From positions 3,367 to 67,366 of the forward strand of contig OZ246403.1 of NCBI GenBank assembly GCA_965230925.1: DNA of 64,000 nucleotides. Direction: 5' to 3'. This DNA comes from an uncultured Candidatus Saccharibacteria bacterium. Its GTDB lineage: Bacteria > Patescibacteriota > Minisyncoccia > Phycocordibacterales > JACOZG01. Numbering within the stretch: the first letter of the stretch is position 1; every line of letters begins with the position of its first letter. The notes below the pieces were generated by a model. It was not told the DNA's origin and did no database searches. It saw only the letters and a list, made by a program, of their open reading frames with translations. Positions 34,160 through 43,631 of the stretch are shown piece by piece. The position numbers were made by a program, and so were the translations under genes.

Positions 34160-35528
34160 GACAATTTTCATTACGGTGTCAAAAGACATTATTCGTCGGA
34201 ACATTCTGGATACCGATTTTTGGCAATTTTTTGTTAACGCAAACGTTAATAACAAAATTGTATTGCTTGTTGATAAGGGGCGTGAAGGTTATTACCGAGA
34301 GCGTTTTAATGGAACTAATGTTGTGGTAGAGGGATACGAACGCCAACCTCACCAGGGTTGGCGAAAACTTTTGTTTTTTCTTGCTCGAACTGGCATTCGT
34401 TCAAAAAGTAACACCTTTCATAGATGGCATGCTTATAAGAGGGGGAGGGCCTCGCTTGCGGTGACATTGTTGAAAAGCCTAGTTTCCAACACTTTTGTTC
34501 GGTGCGGTTGGTATAAAAAACTAATTAGATTGCTGATTCTAAAAACGCGGTCACCTCGAACAATTGAAAAAATATTTGAAACACATAAACCAAGTGTTGT
34601 TTTTACCCCATCTCTCATTGATGCCGACTTCGATGCCCCTTTTGCTGTTGAAGCAAAAAAAAGAAGAATATCAGTTGTGGGAATGGTCAGGAGTTGGGAT
34701 AACCTCAATCATCACGGGTTACTTACGGTTGTGCCAAATCATTTTGTCTTTCAAAACAAATGGCTCAAGTACGCGAGCAGGTATTTCCAGGCGGTTGAAA
34801 TTGAAAAAATTGAGACCACCATTATCGGTCTTCCTCACTATGATAGATACAAAAACCCCGGAGCAGTTTTGAAAGATCGAACATCTTTTTTTGAAAGTGT
34901 GGGTTTAGATCCAGATAAAAGACTAATCTTTTTGGGGGGTTCCGAATATTATTACAGTGAGGATTCTCTTGTGCGATGGTTGAACGAAATGATTGAGTCG
35001 AAGCAATTGAAACAGCCAGCCCAAGTTATGTTTAGGATGCACCCAAGCTCTATTTTTAAGGTTGAAGATTTTAGGCTGGAAAATTTACCCCACATTGTTC
35101 TAGACACTGCAACAACGCAAAAAGATGGTAGTCCGATTTTTACGGACACGGAGAAGTTTGTTAATTTGTTGTACTATTCTGATGTAACAATTAACATCGG
35201 GTCAACCCTTTCTATTGACGCTTCCGCTTTTGATCGTCCGGCTATTGCTATTGATTTTGATGACCCAGCAAAAAATTTGTCATATTGGGAATCAGTAAAG
35301 CGTTTTAACGATTATTTTGACCATCAAGTACGTTTGTTGCAGACAGGGGGAGTGAGCACTCCAGGTTCGCTGGGGCAACTAATACAATCAATTAACAATT
35401 ATTTTGAAAACCCGTTGCGTGACAATGAAGGAAGAAAGAAAGTTCTCGAAGAGTTTGCCGCCCCTTTCGATGGTAAGGCGGGGGAACGGCTAGCGTCCAC
35501 CTTCGATTCAACCTTAAATCAAACTTGA
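34143..35528 (+). CDS. GT-B fold transferase (CDP-glycerol glycerophosphotransferase-like; possible nonulosonate transferase)
   Basis: SWDNL; G.PHYD; RMHP; SDVTIN..ST...DA..FDRP; DGKAGER. ATG at 34143. Confidence 0.65.
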   Translation: MPREIKTIFITVSKDIIRRNILDTDFWQFFVNANVNNKIVLLVDKGREGYYRERFNGTNVVVEGYERQPHQGWRKLLFFLARTGIRSKSNTFHRWHAYKRGRASLAVTLLKSLVSNTFVRCGWYKKLIRLLILKTRSPRTIEKIFETHKPSVVFTPSLIDADFDAPFAVEAKKRRISVVGMVRSWDNLNHHGLLTVVPNHFVFQNKWLKYASRYFQAVEIEKIETTIIGLPHYDRYKNPGAVLKDRTSFFESVGLDPDKRLIFLGGSEYYYSEDSLVRWLNEMIESKQLKQPAQVMFRMHPSSIFKVEDFRLENLPHIVLDTATTQKDGSPIFTDTEKFVNLLYYSDVTINIGSTLSIDASAFDRPAIAIDFDDPAKNLSYWESVKRFNDYFDHQVRLLQTGGVSTPGSLGQLIQSINNYFENPLRDNEGRKKVLEEFAAPFDGKAGERLASTFDSTLNQT

Positions 35529-35553
35529 CCAGAGTCTACTTATGTGCTAGTGT
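35525..35553 (+). promoter_or_regulatory. Sigma70 promoter
   Basis: TTGACC-17 nt-TAGTGT with upstream TG, followed by the hairpin GCACTAGC/GCTGGTGT. Confidence 0.6.
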
Positions 35554-35633
35554 GTAGGGGCACTAGCTCGGTGCTGGTGTGTTTTTCCGCGATGGGTCGC
35601 GGTGGATTGTCCTTTGAGAATTTGGAGGTGTTT

Positions 35634-36686
35634 GTGGCCAAGATTGTTTTGGTGGCTCGTGATGCCGCACCATCAGGTTGTTTCAGTCGTCTAGAACCCG
35701 TCCTTAGAGAACGTGGGTTTGAGGTAGAGCTTTTTGTGGGAGCGGGTAAGCCGCTTGTTCAATCTGTTAAACGGATTGAACAAGCCACCTCTGTTTCTAC
35801 GATTGTTCTTCTGGGCATGTCATCCTCAGCTGAACTGGCTGAACCAGAGCTTGTTGCTGGGCGTTCTGCTTTGGAAGCCGGCATACGTTACGGTTTCTAT
35901 GGAGACGTGCCGCGGTGTTGGGCACGAGCCCGTCCCGGAGCTTGGTTCGAGGAGCTGGCCAGTAGCACGTCATTTTATCTTGGTATTACTGATAATGATG
36001 CTGAGGGTGCTCGGGAGGTGTTTACCTCTGCTCTCTGTGTTGGCACTGGTAATCCGCTCCGCGAGGACATGGCCTTCCCACGTCTAACGCGAGAAGATGT
36101 GCGGAAAAAACTCGGAGTCAGTGACGAACATAAGTTGATCTTAGCCTCTGGCGATAAATTTGCCGCTGGGAACATGGTTACGTGGGCGACACTGATAGGA
36201 ACGATCCTTCGTTTCAAGGAGCAGGAAATTCAGCTCCTGTTAACTCTCCATCCTGGAGATCGCACGGACCTGAAGCTTTACGACGAACTTGTTGAGTTAA
36301 GTTCTGTGCCAACGAGGATTATCCCGAGAGATGTCTTAACTGGTTCGGAAATGATCCCGGGCGTCGATCTGGTGGTAGACTTTGGTGGTTCGATAGGGAT
36401 TGAGGCGGCGTACTCTCGTGTTCCGGTGATCAGTTTGGAGTTCGAGGTTTTGTTTATTAGCCTTGAGCGTAAGAATGGTAACCGTCTGCGCGAGGCGGTG
36501 GAAGCAGGTGCTGCAATGGGTGTTGACCCTGCTGGTTTGGAGGAAGCTATCCGCCTTCTCCTCGGTCCTGAAGGAGTCGCAAATATGAAAAAGCGACAGG
36601 AGACCTCTTATCCAAAACCGATTGAGAGGGGCGTAGCCCTCAAGAGGATCGCTGACGCCATCACACGAATTGCGCAGGTGGAATAG
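35634..36686 (+). CDS. GT-B fold protein (NeuC/LpxB/surface-carbohydrate transferase-like)
   Basis: GGAGG then GTG at 35634; TGNP; LHP; DLVV...S.GIEAA..VPVISL. Confidence 0.55.
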   Translation: MAKIVLVARDAAPSGCFSRLEPVLRERGFEVELFVGAGKPLVQSVKRIEQATSVSTIVLLGMSSSAELAEPELVAGRSALEAGIRYGFYGDVPRCWARARPGAWFEELASSTSFYLGITDNDAEGAREVFTSALCVGTGNPLREDMAFPRLTREDVRKKLGVSDEHKLILASGDKFAAGNMVTWATLIGTILRFKEQEIQLLLTLHPGDRTDLKLYDELVELSSVPTRIIPRDVLTGSEMIPGVDLVVDFGGSIGIEAAYSRVPVISLEFEVLFISLERKNGNRLREAVEAGAAMGVDPAGLEEAIRLLLGPEGVANMKKRQETSYPKPIERGVALKRIADAITRIAQVE

Positions 36687-36714
36687 TTCAAAGTCAGTCG
36701 TTTCGGTATATTCT

Positions 36715-36746
36715 AGAGGCCCGATCTTTCGGGCCTCTTTATTTTT
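36715..36746. terminator. Intrinsic terminator between convergent genes
   Basis: AGAGGCCCGA-tctt-TCGGGCCTCT followed by a T-rich tract. Confidence 0.8.
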
Positions 36747-37176
36747 GATTTGAAAGGGGAACTTTTATGAGAATTAAACGCGCTGTGCCAGATGAGCTGT
36801 CTTGGTGGGGGACGCCGGCTGAGACCCATAGCCATTCTCCTTGGCGTAGAACGTGTTCGGTGCCGCCGTGCATTAATTTTGCTTTAAGTTCGTTCGGATC
36901 ATCATTCCCGTTCGATTGTTTAACGTGCCGTGGTTCTATTAATTCTCCTCCACACCTGAAAGTTACTTCACCCTCTAAACAAAACCAAAGATCAGCTTCT
37001 CTCATGTGTACCTCAGCCTCGTTGTTTTCAGTTTGATGGTTTTCTATAATTTTTATTGGCAAATTATTTTCTTTTGCAAAGGTGCGGAACGGTTCAAGAC
37101 TTTTTTTGCCAGGAGTTGATGTTACCGCCAGAGTCTCTTCGACTTGTTTTTTTGTGATATGGACGACCGTGTTCAT
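36739..37176 (-). CDS. Cupin-fold protein (YhcH/NanQ-like at fold level)
   Basis: EVH..EADLW..LEG; L..GEW..V.AGVPH cupin motif 2. ATG at 37176. Confidence 0.6.
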   Translation of the reverse strand: MNTVVHITKKQVEETLAVTSTPGKKSLEPFRTFAKENNLPIKIIENHQTENNEAEVHMREADLWFCLEGEVTFRCGGELIEPRHVKQSNGNDDPNELKAKLMHGGTEHVLRQGEWLWVSAGVPHQDSSSGTARLILIKVPLSNQK

Positions 37177-37324
37177 AATATTTATTTTAGCAGTCCGCAG
37201 GAGGCGACGCACTCTGGACAAAAAATTAAAGAGGTGTTATGTTGGTCGTCTGCCCGGAGTGTTCTGGGTAAGCGTTTTTCGCGAACGGGTCGTGAGAGTA
37301 ACTTGAAAATTGAGGAGAGATCAC

Positions 37325-38338
37325 TTGGATCAACGAAACATAATCGTTGTTTGTCTAATGCTTGCTACGGCCCTTTTTATTGGCTGTCACGGTGTGATTC
37401 AGAGATGGATGTTTCGAGATAAAAGATTCTCGCAACGCGAAGTCTTAATCTGGCAGAATGTGGTGGCGGCGGGTATCTTTCTCGCGGTGGCGCTTTCCAC
37501 TGACTTTGGTGTTGACCCCCTTGCCCAGCATAACCTGGTCTTTTGGGGGGCAATCTCGCTTACCACAATTGCTAACATTGGCATCCAATCAGCCAACGCT
37601 TACGCACGCGGGTTGGCTGAAGTTTCGTTAACTTCGCCGATTCAGGCGCTAACACCGGCTTTGGTAACTGTTGCAGCCTTGTTGTTGAAGGAGTTGCCGT
37701 CAGCGGTTGGTGTAGTGGGTATTCTGATGATCAGTTTTGGAATCTTTGTTCACCTGAACGAGAGTGCCGAACACTGGCGCGACTACTTGCGGCCATTTAA
37801 GTTGTGGCGGCTGCCACCCAATTACCCACAATTGGGGTCGGAGGAAAAACGTTGGGCGCGCAATAATCGTCGAGCACTTATTCTATCGTACGTCTCGGCC
37901 GTTCTTGGGACAGTTGGCTTACTTGGTGACAGTGTTTCCTCGCGTACTGGTAATGTTGCCATCGGTTTTACGGTACACCTCGCGGTTTTGGCTCTTGTTT
38001 TTGCGGTTGTTTTGCCGCGGAACCATCAGCTGTCGTTAGAAGTGACCAAGCCAGTTGGTTGGCGTTATTGGTTACCGGTTGTCGCGGCCGGAGCAGTGTT
38101 TGCCTTGGTTGTACTTTTACCTCTGATTGCTTTTCGGTTTGCACCCGTGGCGTATGTTGGCTCACTAAAGCGTTTGGGTATTTTGGCCACGGTCATTCTT
38201 GGTTGGTTGTTCTTAGGCGAAGTCAAGGCAAAGCGTCGTTTGATACCAGCAACCATTGTGGTTATTGGGGCTATGTTGCTGTTCTTTGACCCGGCTTCTA
38301 GGAAGATTGTTGAGGCTGCGGCAGAGACGTTCAAGTGA
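37325..38338 (+). CDS. EamA/DMT-superfamily transporter
   Basis: About 10 TM helices in two repeats; SLTSPI.ALTP..LLLKELP; VAYV..LKR..LGWLFLGE. GAGGAG precedes the TTG at 37325 (the ORF track starts it at 37310). Confidence 0.8.
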   Translation: MDQRNIIVVCLMLATALFIGCHGVIQRWMFRDKRFSQREVLIWQNVVAAGIFLAVALSTDFGVDPLAQHNLVFWGAISLTTIANIGIQSANAYARGLAEVSLTSPIQALTPALVTVAALLLKELPSAVGVVGILMISFGIFVHLNESAEHWRDYLRPFKLWRLPPNYPQLGSEEKRWARNNRRALILSYVSAVLGTVGLLGDSVSSRTGNVAIGFTVHLAVLALVFAVVLPRNHQLSLEVTKPVGWRYWLPVVAAGAVFALVVLLPLIAFRFAPVAYVGSLKRLGILATVILGWLFLGEVKAKRRLIPATIVVIGAMLLFFDPASRKIVEAAAETFK

Positions 38339-38363
38339 AATTGGTTCGGAGGTTTTAACCCAC

Positions 38364-38390
38364 AGGGCTTGCTGTAAGCGAGCCCTTTTT
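38364..38390 (+). terminator. Intrinsic terminator
   Basis: AGGGCTTGCT-gta-AGCGAGCCCT followed by TTTT. Confidence 0.75.
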
Positions 38391-38426
38391 GTTGCTCGTA
38401 AACGGAGAATTTGTTATTTTGATGAT

Positions 38427-39110
38427 ATGCAAAACAAATTTACCGCGGTTGTTCCTGCGCGCGGGGGCAGCCGTCGACTAAAGGATAAACACACTATTCC
38501 ATATGCTGGGAGCAATCTTTTAATCCACAAGATTCGTCAGCTAAAGAGGGTTGAGTCAATTGATAGTATTGTGGTTTCATCAGACTCAGACACGATGCTT
38601 GAAATGGCCAAAAATGAAGGGGTGCTGACTCACAAAAGATCTCCAGAATACTGTGATGAAGAAACAAAAAGTTTCGGTGAGGTGGTCAAGCATGTTTGTG
38701 AGAGTGTGGTGGGAGAAAACATTGTTTGGGCGCAGTGCACTTCACCCTTGGTGGTGCCGTCCCAATATAAAGATACAATTAGTGTTTATTTGGATAATTT
38801 AGGCAAACATGATTCTCTTGCTTCGGTTGAGGCGTTCAGAAGGCATCTTTGGGATGACAACGGCCCGGTTAATTACGAAAGAGGTAAGATGCATCCGCCA
38901 TCACAGAAGTTGCCTCAAATGTATTTCGTAACGGGGGTTTTTATTGCTCCTCGTAAAAAAATGATTGAGTGGTATCACAACATTGGCCCCAATCCCTATA
39001 AATACATTTTACCGAGGACAAGTTGCGTTGACATTGATGATGAGCTAGACTTTGATTTGGCTAAGCTCTGGCACGATAGGGCGTGTGATTGTTTGGTGAA
39101 AGGAAAATAA
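38427..39110 (+). CDS. neuA: CMP-nonulosonic acid (acylneuraminate) synthetase
   Basis: VPARGGSRRLKDK; VVSSDS; QCTSPL; DIDDELDF. ATG at 38427. Confidence 0.85.
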   Translation: MQNKFTAVVPARGGSRRLKDKHTIPYAGSNLLIHKIRQLKRVESIDSIVVSSDSDTMLEMAKNEGVLTHKRSPEYCDEETKSFGEVVKHVCESVVGENIVWAQCTSPLVVPSQYKDTISVYLDNLGKHDSLASVEAFRRHLWDDNGPVNYERGKMHPPSQKLPQMYFVTGVFIAPRKKMIEWYHNIGPNPYKYILPRTSCVDIDDELDFDLAKLWHDRACDCLVKGK

Positions 39111-39112
39111 AT

Positions 39113-39775
39113 ATGGCAATAAAAGTCGTGTCCTTTGATTTTGATGGGGTTTTTGTTCTTGATTCGGATGCTGTGTTCAAGAAAGAAGCTTGGGGAATTG
39201 TCTTTGAAGGTTACGGAGAAGGCCGTTATCGACCCCTTCTTGATGAGGGTAATCGGCGGTATGGCTCAGGTAAGCCGGGGGGGCGAGTAGAAATCATGGC
39301 ATATGTTTTTGCTGGATTGGGTAAACCTGAAATGGAAATACCGGGCCTTGTTGAAGAAGCAGCCAAGGTGTTCGACAATCATGTTCAGGCCAGAATTTTA
39401 GAGGCTGGCTTAGTGTCGGGGACACGAGAAGCCCTTGAAGAGTTAAGACGTCGAGGCCTTTCTTTATATCTTAATTCTGGAACTGCCACTAGGGCTCTCG
39501 AGCTTAGTGCCCGCAACCTTAACATCTCCCAGTTCTTTGGTGGTATTTTTGGAAGCACAAGGGGCAAGACAGACAATCTTCGGACAATGTCCGAACGGGA
39601 GTCTGTTGGGCCACAAGAAATTTTAGTGGTTGGAGATGGTGATTCTGATAGGGTTGCTGCCGAAGAGTTCGGAGCGCCTTTTCTGGGGGTAGCCAATCGT
39701 TGGAATAAGTGGGCGAATACAAAAAAAGAATTCCCTCTCATTGACCACTTGTCCCAAGTTTGTCAATTTGTTTAA
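39113..39775 (+). CDS. HAD-superfamily phosphatase (C1 cap)
   Basis: FDFDGV motif I; NSG motif II; K; VGDGDSD motif IV. ATG at 39113. Confidence 0.85.
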   Translation: MAIKVVSFDFDGVFVLDSDAVFKKEAWGIVFEGYGEGRYRPLLDEGNRRYGSGKPGGRVEIMAYVFAGLGKPEMEIPGLVEEAAKVFDNHVQARILEAGLVSGTREALEELRRRGLSLYLNSGTATRALELSARNLNISQFFGGIFGSTRGKTDNLRTMSERESVGPQEILVVGDGDSDRVAAEEFGAPFLGVANRWNKWANTKKEFPLIDHLSQVCQFV

Positions 39776-39779
39776 TCTT

Positions 39780-39813
39780 GAGGAGTGGTCAACCGTTGTG
39801 GCCGCTCCTTTTT
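39780..39813 (+). terminator. Intrinsic terminator
   Basis: AGGAGTGGTCA...TGGCCGCTCCT followed by TTTT. Confidence 0.75.
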
Positions 39814-39835
39814 GTTTGTGGTAGGATAAAGTCCT

Positions 39836-40933
39836 ATGAGTATTTCTTTAACCACCAACATTAAAAGATTGTTTAGTTTATTGCCAGCCAAAGTAAAAAT
39901 TCAAGATTTTTATGTTGGCGAAGGACGACCCGTTTTTGTGGTTGCGGAGATAGGCAACAACCATAATGGAGATTTTAATTTAGCTCTCAAAACAATTTTG
40001 GCGGCAAAAGAGTCTGGTGCCAATGCGGTTAAATTTCAAAGGCGAACGGTAGACGAGGTCTTCACTAAAGAAATGCGAGATATGCCTTATAATAATCCGC
40101 GATCATTGGCGCCCACCTACGGGGAGCACAGAGAAAAGCTGGAATTTTCTCCTCAGCAGTTGGTTGGTCTTAAGGATTATGCCGAAGATCTTGGCTTGGT
40201 GTTCTTCGTAACTCCCTTTGACCAAAAAAGCGCGGATTTTTTAGAGTCAATTGATGTGCATGCGTATAAGATCTCCTCTTTTGATGTTACCAACTTGCCG
40301 CTCCTAGAACACGTTGCCAAGAAGAACAAACCAATTTTGTTGTCAACCGGCATGTCGACCATCGAGGAAATCGACCAAGCAATCGAATGCATATTGTCCT
40401 ACAATAATCGTTTAATTGTGAATCATTGCACCTCTATTTATCCAACGCCAGATGATAAGATTGATCTCCAGATAGTTCAAACACTAACCGAGCGTTATCG
40501 ACCTCTTCCGGTTGGCTACTCTGGCCACGAGCCTGATATTTTGCCAACTATTATGTCGGTTGGGTTGGGGGCAAAAACAGTGGAGCGTCATTTTACTTTA
40601 GATAAGAACATGCGCGGATCCGACCATCACATGTCTATTGAACCTTCAGAATTTAAAAAAATGGTTGACCGAATTCGCCGGGCTGAGGTTTTTTTGGGTT
40701 CTTCTAAGAAACAAATACACGAACAAGAAGTGCCTATAAGAGAAAAGCACGCCAAAAGCATTGTGACAAAAAGAGAAATTAAAAAAGGAGAAACCATTAC
40801 AAAGGACGCAGTTTCTTTCAAAAGCCCTGGTTATGGTTTTAAACCAGCCCTTCTTCACCGTGTTGTTGGTCGGAAGGCGAACCAAGACTTGCCTGTTGAT
40901 ACGGTGATCCTAGAGAAGTTTTTGGGTTCTTAG
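39836..40933 (+). CDS. neuB: N-acylneuraminate(-9-phosphate) synthase family protein with C-terminal SAF domain
   Basis: AEIGNNHNG; AVKFQ; KPILLSTGM; HCTSIYP; GYSGHE; ERHFTLD..GSDH. Confidence 0.9.
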   Translation: MSISLTTNIKRLFSLLPAKVKIQDFYVGEGRPVFVVAEIGNNHNGDFNLALKTILAAKESGANAVKFQRRTVDEVFTKEMRDMPYNNPRSLAPTYGEHREKLEFSPQQLVGLKDYAEDLGLVFFVTPFDQKSADFLESIDVHAYKISSFDVTNLPLLEHVAKKNKPILLSTGMSTIEEIDQAIECILSYNNRLIVNHCTSIYPTPDDKIDLQIVQTLTERYRPLPVGYSGHEPDILPTIMSVGLGAKTVERHFTLDKNMRGSDHHMSIEPSEFKKMVDRIRRAEVFLGSSKKQIHEQEVPIREKHAKSIVTKREIKKGETITKDAVSFKSPGYGFKPALLHRVVGRKANQDLPVDTVILEKFLGS

Positions 40934-42314
40934 GTTTTTTCCATTTTTCTATTAAAAAAACCAAACCATATCCCCCGAACACAAAAATAATAGGAGTTGC
41001 TTTGTAGCGGTGTCGCCCGTGATCACTAAAACCAACTGAGATTGTTCCGAGCCAATAAATAACCACTAGGGTTGCTAAGAAAAAGGCCACAAACCTTCTG
41101 GGGTTGTTTTTTTTACTCGCCGTGATAATCCCCACCAGCATTAAAATTGTTATCGTGATCCAAAGGAGTCTTCCCGCAACTGGAACTGTAGCTAAAAATC
41201 CCATTAGGTTCCAAACCCTAGTCATTAGTTCTATAGGACCATCTTTTAGGAGAACTAAGGAAGGAGAAAAAGATAGTTCTATGTTTTTTATTATCCCGTA
41301 GTGTCTCAGATAGGTCGTATATAAGTCTTGAGTGAAAAATGTCATGGTGTTTATAAACAAAACCCCAACCCCTTCTGCTGGGTTTTCCAAAACGATCTTC
41401 CAGCCCTCTTGAACCAAGAGTTTGCCCAGCCCCGGGTCGGTTGTTATGACATCCTCGTCCACGGTGTATTTCTGAGAAAAATCTAGCCTGAGTTGTTTTT
41501 GAACCTCGTGGATAGGTTGGCCAGTCTTGAGACTGATTATAGATGGGGCCAAACTCGAATAAACGTTTCTTATTCCCGTTGTCGCGATTGAGGCGGAGCC
41601 AAAACGGACGTGGTTTCTTACCAACCAGGGTGAGACGACCATGAAAAAAGTAAAAGTAAACACAAGGAAAGTCATACCAAGTCCGGGGTGAACCATCTTC
41701 TTTTTGAACGATTTGACGACAAAAAAACATAACATCACTATGCAGATAAGCACAGAAATATAATAAGTTTCTGGTCTGGTTAATGAGGATAGACCAAGAA
41801 GCAAACCAGCCAAAGCGACGTTTTTCCATGTTGGCTCTTGAAAAACTCTAGTTAAGAGGAAAATTCCAGCTGCACCAAGGAATGTTGCGATGGTGTCTGT
41901 AAGTAAGGTTGTGCTCAGGTAAATTGAAAGTGGTTCAAAAGCCATCAAAAAAGCAGCAAAATTGGCCGCCCGGTAATTGTTTGAAAGGGCAAATCCAATT
42001 TTCCACACAAAGAGAACCGTTAGAGATGCAAGGGTTACTTGTAATAAGAGGAGCGGTACGATTGAACCACTTAGTCCAACCGAGATTGCGATAAGAAAGG
42101 GGTAAAATGGGGGAAAGCGACTTCCTGGGATAAAAGGCGCAGCTGTTTCTTGAGAAAAGCCGTGTCCAGAAAGTAGGTTTATTCCTGTTTGGTAAAATCC
42201 CCACGAGTCAGACAAAAAGAAACCCTCAGAACCAGAGCCGTTGTAAATTGCGAGTAGTAGCAGCAATCTTATTAACAGGGCCAGGCAAACAATTAAGACC
42301 ACGCGTTTTATCAT
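40839..42314 (-). CDS. GT-C (ArnT/PMT, GT39-like) membrane glycosyltransferase
   Basis: Multiple TM helices; DSWGF..G.NL..G.GF; R.PPFYP; LLTD; LTRP; PWLVRN; RHRY. Confidence 0.8.
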   Translation of the reverse strand: MIKRVVLIVCLALLIRLLLLLAIYNGSGSEGFFLSDSWGFYQTGINLLSGHGFSQETAAPFIPGSRFPPFYPFLIAISVGLSGSIVPLLLLQVTLASLTVLFVWKIGFALSNNYRAANFAAFLMAFEPLSIYLSTTLLTDTIATFLGAAGIFLLTRVFQEPTWKNVALAGLLLGLSSLTRPETYYISVLICIVMLCFFVVKSFKKKMVHPGLGMTFLVFTFTFFMVVSPWLVRNHVRFGSASIATTGIRNVYSSLAPSIISLKTGQPIHEVQKQLRLDFSQKYTVDEDVITTDPGLGKLLVQEGWKIVLENPAEGVGVLFINTMTFFTQDLYTTYLRHYGIIKNIELSFSPSLVLLKDGPIELMTRVWNLMGFLATVPVAGRLLWITITILMLVGIITASKKNNPRRFVAFFLATLVVIYWLGTISVGFSDHGRHRYKATPIIFVFGGYGLVFLIEKWKKPKNPKTSLGSPYQQASLGSPSDQQHGEEGLV

Positions 42315-42385
42315 ATTCAGATTTTAACCCAACACGGCCGGCGGGAAGGATTGATTTTTTTTCGATGGCATGCTTTATTATTGTT

Positions 42386-43315
42386 ATGTTGTCAGTGGTT
42401 GTTCCGTTTTATAACGAAGAAAAAACGGTCGGTGAATTGCACCGGGGTATTTTTTCTGCCTTAAGTAATATGGGGGTGGGTTTCGAAATAATCTTTATTG
42501 ATGATGGTTCTACAGATGACACTTGGGTGGAGATCAAAAAGTTAAACAAGGTGATAGCCGTTCGTCTAAAGAGGAATTTTGGTCAGACGGTTGCTTTGAG
42601 CCATGGTTTGGCGCGAGTAAAAAATGAAATTGTTGTGACTATGGATAGCGATCTTGAAAATTTACCCGAAGATATTCCCCGTTTAGTGGCTAAACTAAAG
42701 GAAGGCTACGATGTGGTTTGTGGTTGGAGAAAAAACAGGTGGTCTCAAGAGTTTTTCACAAGAAAGCTACCGTCTTATTTTGCCAACCTTTTTATCTCTG
42801 TGGTGAGCGGTGTTAATTTACACGATCATGGTTGCGGGTTGAGGGCCTACAAAAGAAAGGTTTTTGAGGATGTCAGTTTCAATGGAGACATGCACAGAAT
42901 GTTGGCAATATATCTAGGAATAAACGGATCAAAAATAGTTGAAATTCCGGTTTCCTTTGTTCCTAGAAAACACGGGGTTTCGAAGTATGGTCTTTCTCGT
43001 ACTTTCAAGGTGATCTTGGACATAGTAGCTTTCTTTTTCTTTAAAAAGTTTTCTAACCGACCAATGCATTTCTTTGGATATTTCGGTTTTATAAGCATTG
43101 GTTTGGGGTTTTTGGCCTTTCTGTATTCATTATACTTAAAATTTTTTGAAGCAACCCAATTGAACCGCACCCCTCTTCCTGAGCTGGTTGCCATTCTTGT
43201 CGTTGTTGGGTTCCAGTTTGTGCTAATGGGGCTTGTGGCAGAATTAATTACTAGGTCTGGGCCCAAAAGTGGTAAAATAAACCAGGATGAAGTTGGAGAA
43301 GAAATCCACAATTGA
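42386..43315 (+). CDS. GT2 polyprenyl-phosphate glycosyltransferase (GtrB/ArnC-like)
   Basis: SVVVPFYNEE; IDDGSTD; RNFGQ; MDSDLEN.P; two C-terminal TM helices. ATG at 42386. Confidence 0.88.
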   Translation: MLSVVVPFYNEEKTVGELHRGIFSALSNMGVGFEIIFIDDGSTDDTWVEIKKLNKVIAVRLKRNFGQTVALSHGLARVKNEIVVTMDSDLENLPEDIPRLVAKLKEGYDVVCGWRKNRWSQEFFTRKLPSYFANLFISVVSGVNLHDHGCGLRAYKRKVFEDVSFNGDMHRMLAIYLGINGSKIVEIPVSFVPRKHGVSKYGLSRTFKVILDIVAFFFFKKFSNRPMHFFGYFGFISIGLGFLAFLYSLYLKFFEATQLNRTPLPELVAILVVVGFQFVLMGLVAELITRSGPKSGKINQDEVGEEIHN

Positions 43316-43529
43316 TCTCTTGAAAAAAATTCCTCTGGTGAATTTTTTTTGGGAAAAAAGCTTTTTCCATTACCTGTGGACGGGTGGAGTTTTTACGGTT
43401 TTAAATATCTTTTTAGTTTGGTTACTAATTGATTTTTTGAAGGTTCCAACCATAGTTTCCACAACCGTTGTAATCGGGGGCTTGTTTGTATTAAGATACG
43501 TTTTTTATCGGTGGTTAAAAATTTTGTAA
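43287..43529 (+). CDS. GtrA-like small membrane protein
   Basis: FFHYL..GG..T..N.. two-TM pattern directly after the GT2 gene. Confidence 0.6.
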   Translation: MKLEKKSTIDLLKKIPLVNFFWEKSFFHYLWTGGVFTVLNIFLVWLLIDFLKVPTIVSTTVVIGGLFVLRYVFYRWLKIL

Positions 43530-43631
43530 AACCACTAAATACTTAGGAGCAGTGTTTGAAGTGACGATATTGACTATTTGTCTTAGGTGCTATAGTGTTT
43601 TTTTGAACAGCAAACAGCTCGTGGAGTTGTT

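Noticed and set aside
35634-36686. Calling this gene neuC (hydrolysing UDP-GlcNAc 2-epimerase)
   Set aside because: It has GT-B-like features but lacks the recognisable GTRxE/D, GDRxE and HxxGG motifs, so I left it as an unassigned GT-B protein.
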